Part shown: positions 61,251-64,000 of the stretch, piece by piece
How positions within the stretch are numbered: position 1 is the stretch's first letter
Layout of the letters: every line of letters starts with the position of its first letter
DNA from: the human T2T-CHM13v2.0 reference genome, Homo sapiens
NCBI RefSeq assembly: GCF_009914755.1
Contig: NC_060934.1
Direction: 5' to 3' (one strand)
DNA: 64,000 bases
Notes under the pieces: generated by a model
The model's input: only the letters and a program-made list of their open reading frames with translations
The model's database searches: none
What the model was told of the DNA's origin: nothing
Position numbers and translations under genes: made by a program

Positions 61251-62699
61251 GTATGGTCCATGGTTCATTGGTGTGACTCATTTTTTAAGCTGTAACAAAC
61301 AGTTTGAAGGGGCATAGTTCATGTGTCTCAGCAAAGAGTGATCTATGCTCTAAGCTTCTTACTATAAAACCAGGGGAATCCCAGCCTCAGGTACCTCTCT
61401 CTCGTCGCAGGGTCCCAGGTGTTCCCCTTTGCTGCTAGAAGCATGTCAGATCAGTGCCCCAAGATCATCTCTGCAGTGCTTGGTCTTTGCTGCTGTAGGT
61501 TGTAGGCCTTACTGCAATAGGTCTTTGACGTTGATCAGTGCTCAGTAAACACCTTTCAACTTTCTTTCTGGGAATTGTTCATTTCCATGGGCTCTGCATG
61601 CTTTTCAATGTTCATGGTGCAAACCATCCTGTTTGCCAAGAATTGCCTGTTGGGATGAGATTATTTGAAGTATAACAAAGCTTCATACCTCCAGAGAATT
61701 CTAGCCTGCTGACGCTTACTTAGTATCTGTGGCTGAAGTTGGTCCATGTCAACTCTTCCCCACTCTAGGGCAATGCTGGGGACATGGTCTTCATTTCTCT
61801 TCTTTGCTCAAGAATTTCAGTGCTGGAGTTGACTGTGAGCTCTGTTCAACTGGGAAACCTCTGAGAAACTCTCTGTGACATGCTTGGACATACTTATTTC
61901 CTCTAACTGGCAAAACAATGTGTTCTCACAAGGCCCTTGCCAGCTATCATCTGCTGCATTGTTTACATGTTGATTTTTTTTTCTCTCTGTCCTTTTCCCA
62001 ATCACATACTTTAAGGTTCTAGAATGTCCTTTACTTCTACTGGGAAGGTTTAAAACTCAACCTTTTAGTAGTTAGGTAGAGGCAGGAGGAGTTAGAGGAA
62101 ATAAGTGTATGCATTACATTACTCTTTTAGATGATTTCTCTGGCCTGATATCTAGAAGCTTTTCTCATCTTCTTGTATTTTTCTACCCTGTCTTTTTTAC
62201 AGAATGCACCTTAAAATAACAAAAAATGACACGTTCTCCAACAGCTTAGTCTGAACTGGAGGAATTTTAATCCTAAGAAAGGCCAAAGTATTCCAGATAG
62301 AGGAAGAATTTGCATGGTGGACTCAATTAATAATGGATATCTTGAGGTCTCCTGAATTACATATATACACTTGAAAAATAATTGTGCTCATTAATTTTGG
62401 AGCAAACAAATTCAACTTTCATCTTTAAAAAATCTACTATGGTTTGTAATTAGGTAACAAAATGCACTGTTCTCCAAATTCAGCAGCAGTTTGCTCACTG
62501 TCTAGATGTTTCTTCCTATCAAGTGAAAGCTATATTGCCTTTTAAGAGTTGATCACAGAAGTGAAAAACATCACCAGACTAGTTAAATCCAGACACAGGG
62601 AATGGAGGTAAAAAAGAATCCTTTAAAAAAGCTATTATCCATACAAGAACCTTCTTCTCTGAAGATTTTGGCATCATGAAGGAACTTATCTGTCTGCCT

Positions 62700-63170
62700 C
62701 AACTGTCATAAAATTGCACGTTGTGAAACAGGAAGCCAGAGCTAGAGGGAAGCAGAGAAGGGGGCTGGGTGATTTCCTTTTGCAAACACAAAGACCTTCC
62801 TTCGTTGGAAGGAAAAGAAAAAAAACAAGCCAGAAGCTGAAGTTGGTGGGTTTGAGGGCTTGCAAATGCAGGCAGCTGAAACTTTGTAAACAGTTAGCAT
62901 AAAACTCATTTTTAATCTCATAAACTTAATTTTTTCCCCTAGCATATGGGATGCATAAAAAGGAAATAAAACTTTAGTAAATTGAGCCTTACTTGTGCTT
63001 TATAAAAAAGAAATTGAATTGCTCTAATGGCAGCTGCAGCTGGCTTTCAGCTTCAAACAACCAGTGTAAATCTAGTTTTTAGTGCTTGATTTAGTAAACA
63101 CTCAGCTGCAAACAGGCTTCCACAACAGCTCTGAATGCAAGGTTTTCTGTAAAGACTGTTATGTAACCTC
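62700..63170. promoter_or_regulatory. Candidate enhancer in repeat-free sequence
   Basis: Four CAGCTG E-boxes, two GTAAACA FOX sites, several CATAAA(A), perfect GTTATGTAAC. Confidence 0.4.
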
Positions 63171-64000
63171 TGTGTGTTATGTCTTTAAAATATGTGAAGG
63201 AGAGCAGAAACCTTGATTGAGATATCTTACAATTATTCTTTCCTCTATATTTAAAGCTGCATAGACTTTGCTACTCATTATACATAGAGCTAGCACGAAT
63301 GGATCCTAACAGGCCATGAATTTAAATTTATGTGCACTAGTCATTAAAAATAAACAAAAGTAGAGTACTAATAATGGTCTGGGAAGCCATAGTTGAGTTG
63401 GACACATTGGTTGGTTATCTCAAAGTGATCATCACAGCTTGTTTGTGGCTCTGCCCTTCTCTGAGCCTTATGTCAGGCTCCCACACATTGAAGAGCCTTG
63501 AGGAATCATATTCTGCTTGGCAAAGGCTGCATGTGCCCGGCTTACAATTTTTGCTAAAAATAGGGGGAAAATCTTGTTCCTGATGAGCAAGATGAAATGT
63601 CCAACTGTTTTTAAATGGATGCATAAATAACTGTTGAGATTATAATGCTAGTCTATCTAAAATATTTCCTAGTGACCTGGACTTAGAGGGGGATTTGTAG
63701 CGTTCTGGTGGTTGTCACTTTTCCCATCACTAGATACCAACAGGTAGACAAAATGAGAGTTGGTATCTTATGGCATTCTTGCCAAAGGAACTTTTTAAAA
63801 GAATCCTGGGAAGGATGGCCAGGGTTAACCCTGGGAACAATTTTGAATTAGGATAAATCTGTGTCTGTTTCTTTCTCCCTTGATTGTCTTCCAATACCTC
63901 AGTCTTATTTTTAGCTGGCTGTCAACCAAAACTACCTAAGGCATTAATTGATAAGTATTAAGGTACTCCATTTCTCAGGGGTATTTCCAATTTTAAAAGA

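Overview
Primate (most likely human) euchromatic genomic DNA, densely filled with interspersed repeats: about 45 Alu/FLAM/FRAM elements, L1, L2, MIR, MaLR/ERV LTRs and Tigger/hAT DNA transposons. No intact cellular protein-coding ORF can be supported. The ORF track is almost all repeat or low-complexity artefact, except L1 ORF1/ORF2/ORF0 remnants and a dead Tigger transposase. Alus (roughly 2:1) and nearly all long L1/ERV pieces lie on the - strand, which suggests the window is intronic to a + strand gene; I could not identify that gene. One good candidate 11-nt microexon (16905-16915) and a few enhancer/promoter-like islands exist. The most interesting locus is 28.6-35.9 kb. It holds a near full-length L1PA3-like element that keeps the ~129-bp ZNF93-target segment, has lost its YY1 site and RT catalytic core, and retains an open ORF0 ending in an apparently newly created consensus splice donor. 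It sits next to a complete HERV-W (LTR17) solo LTR. Also notable are templated-insertion repair scars, a nearly abutting inverted Alu pair and multi-layer transposon nests. I found no demonstrable novel biological system. Repeat subfamily calls come from remembered consensus features, not a RepeatMasker run, and many boundaries are approximate (about +/-10 bp unless a TSD is quoted).
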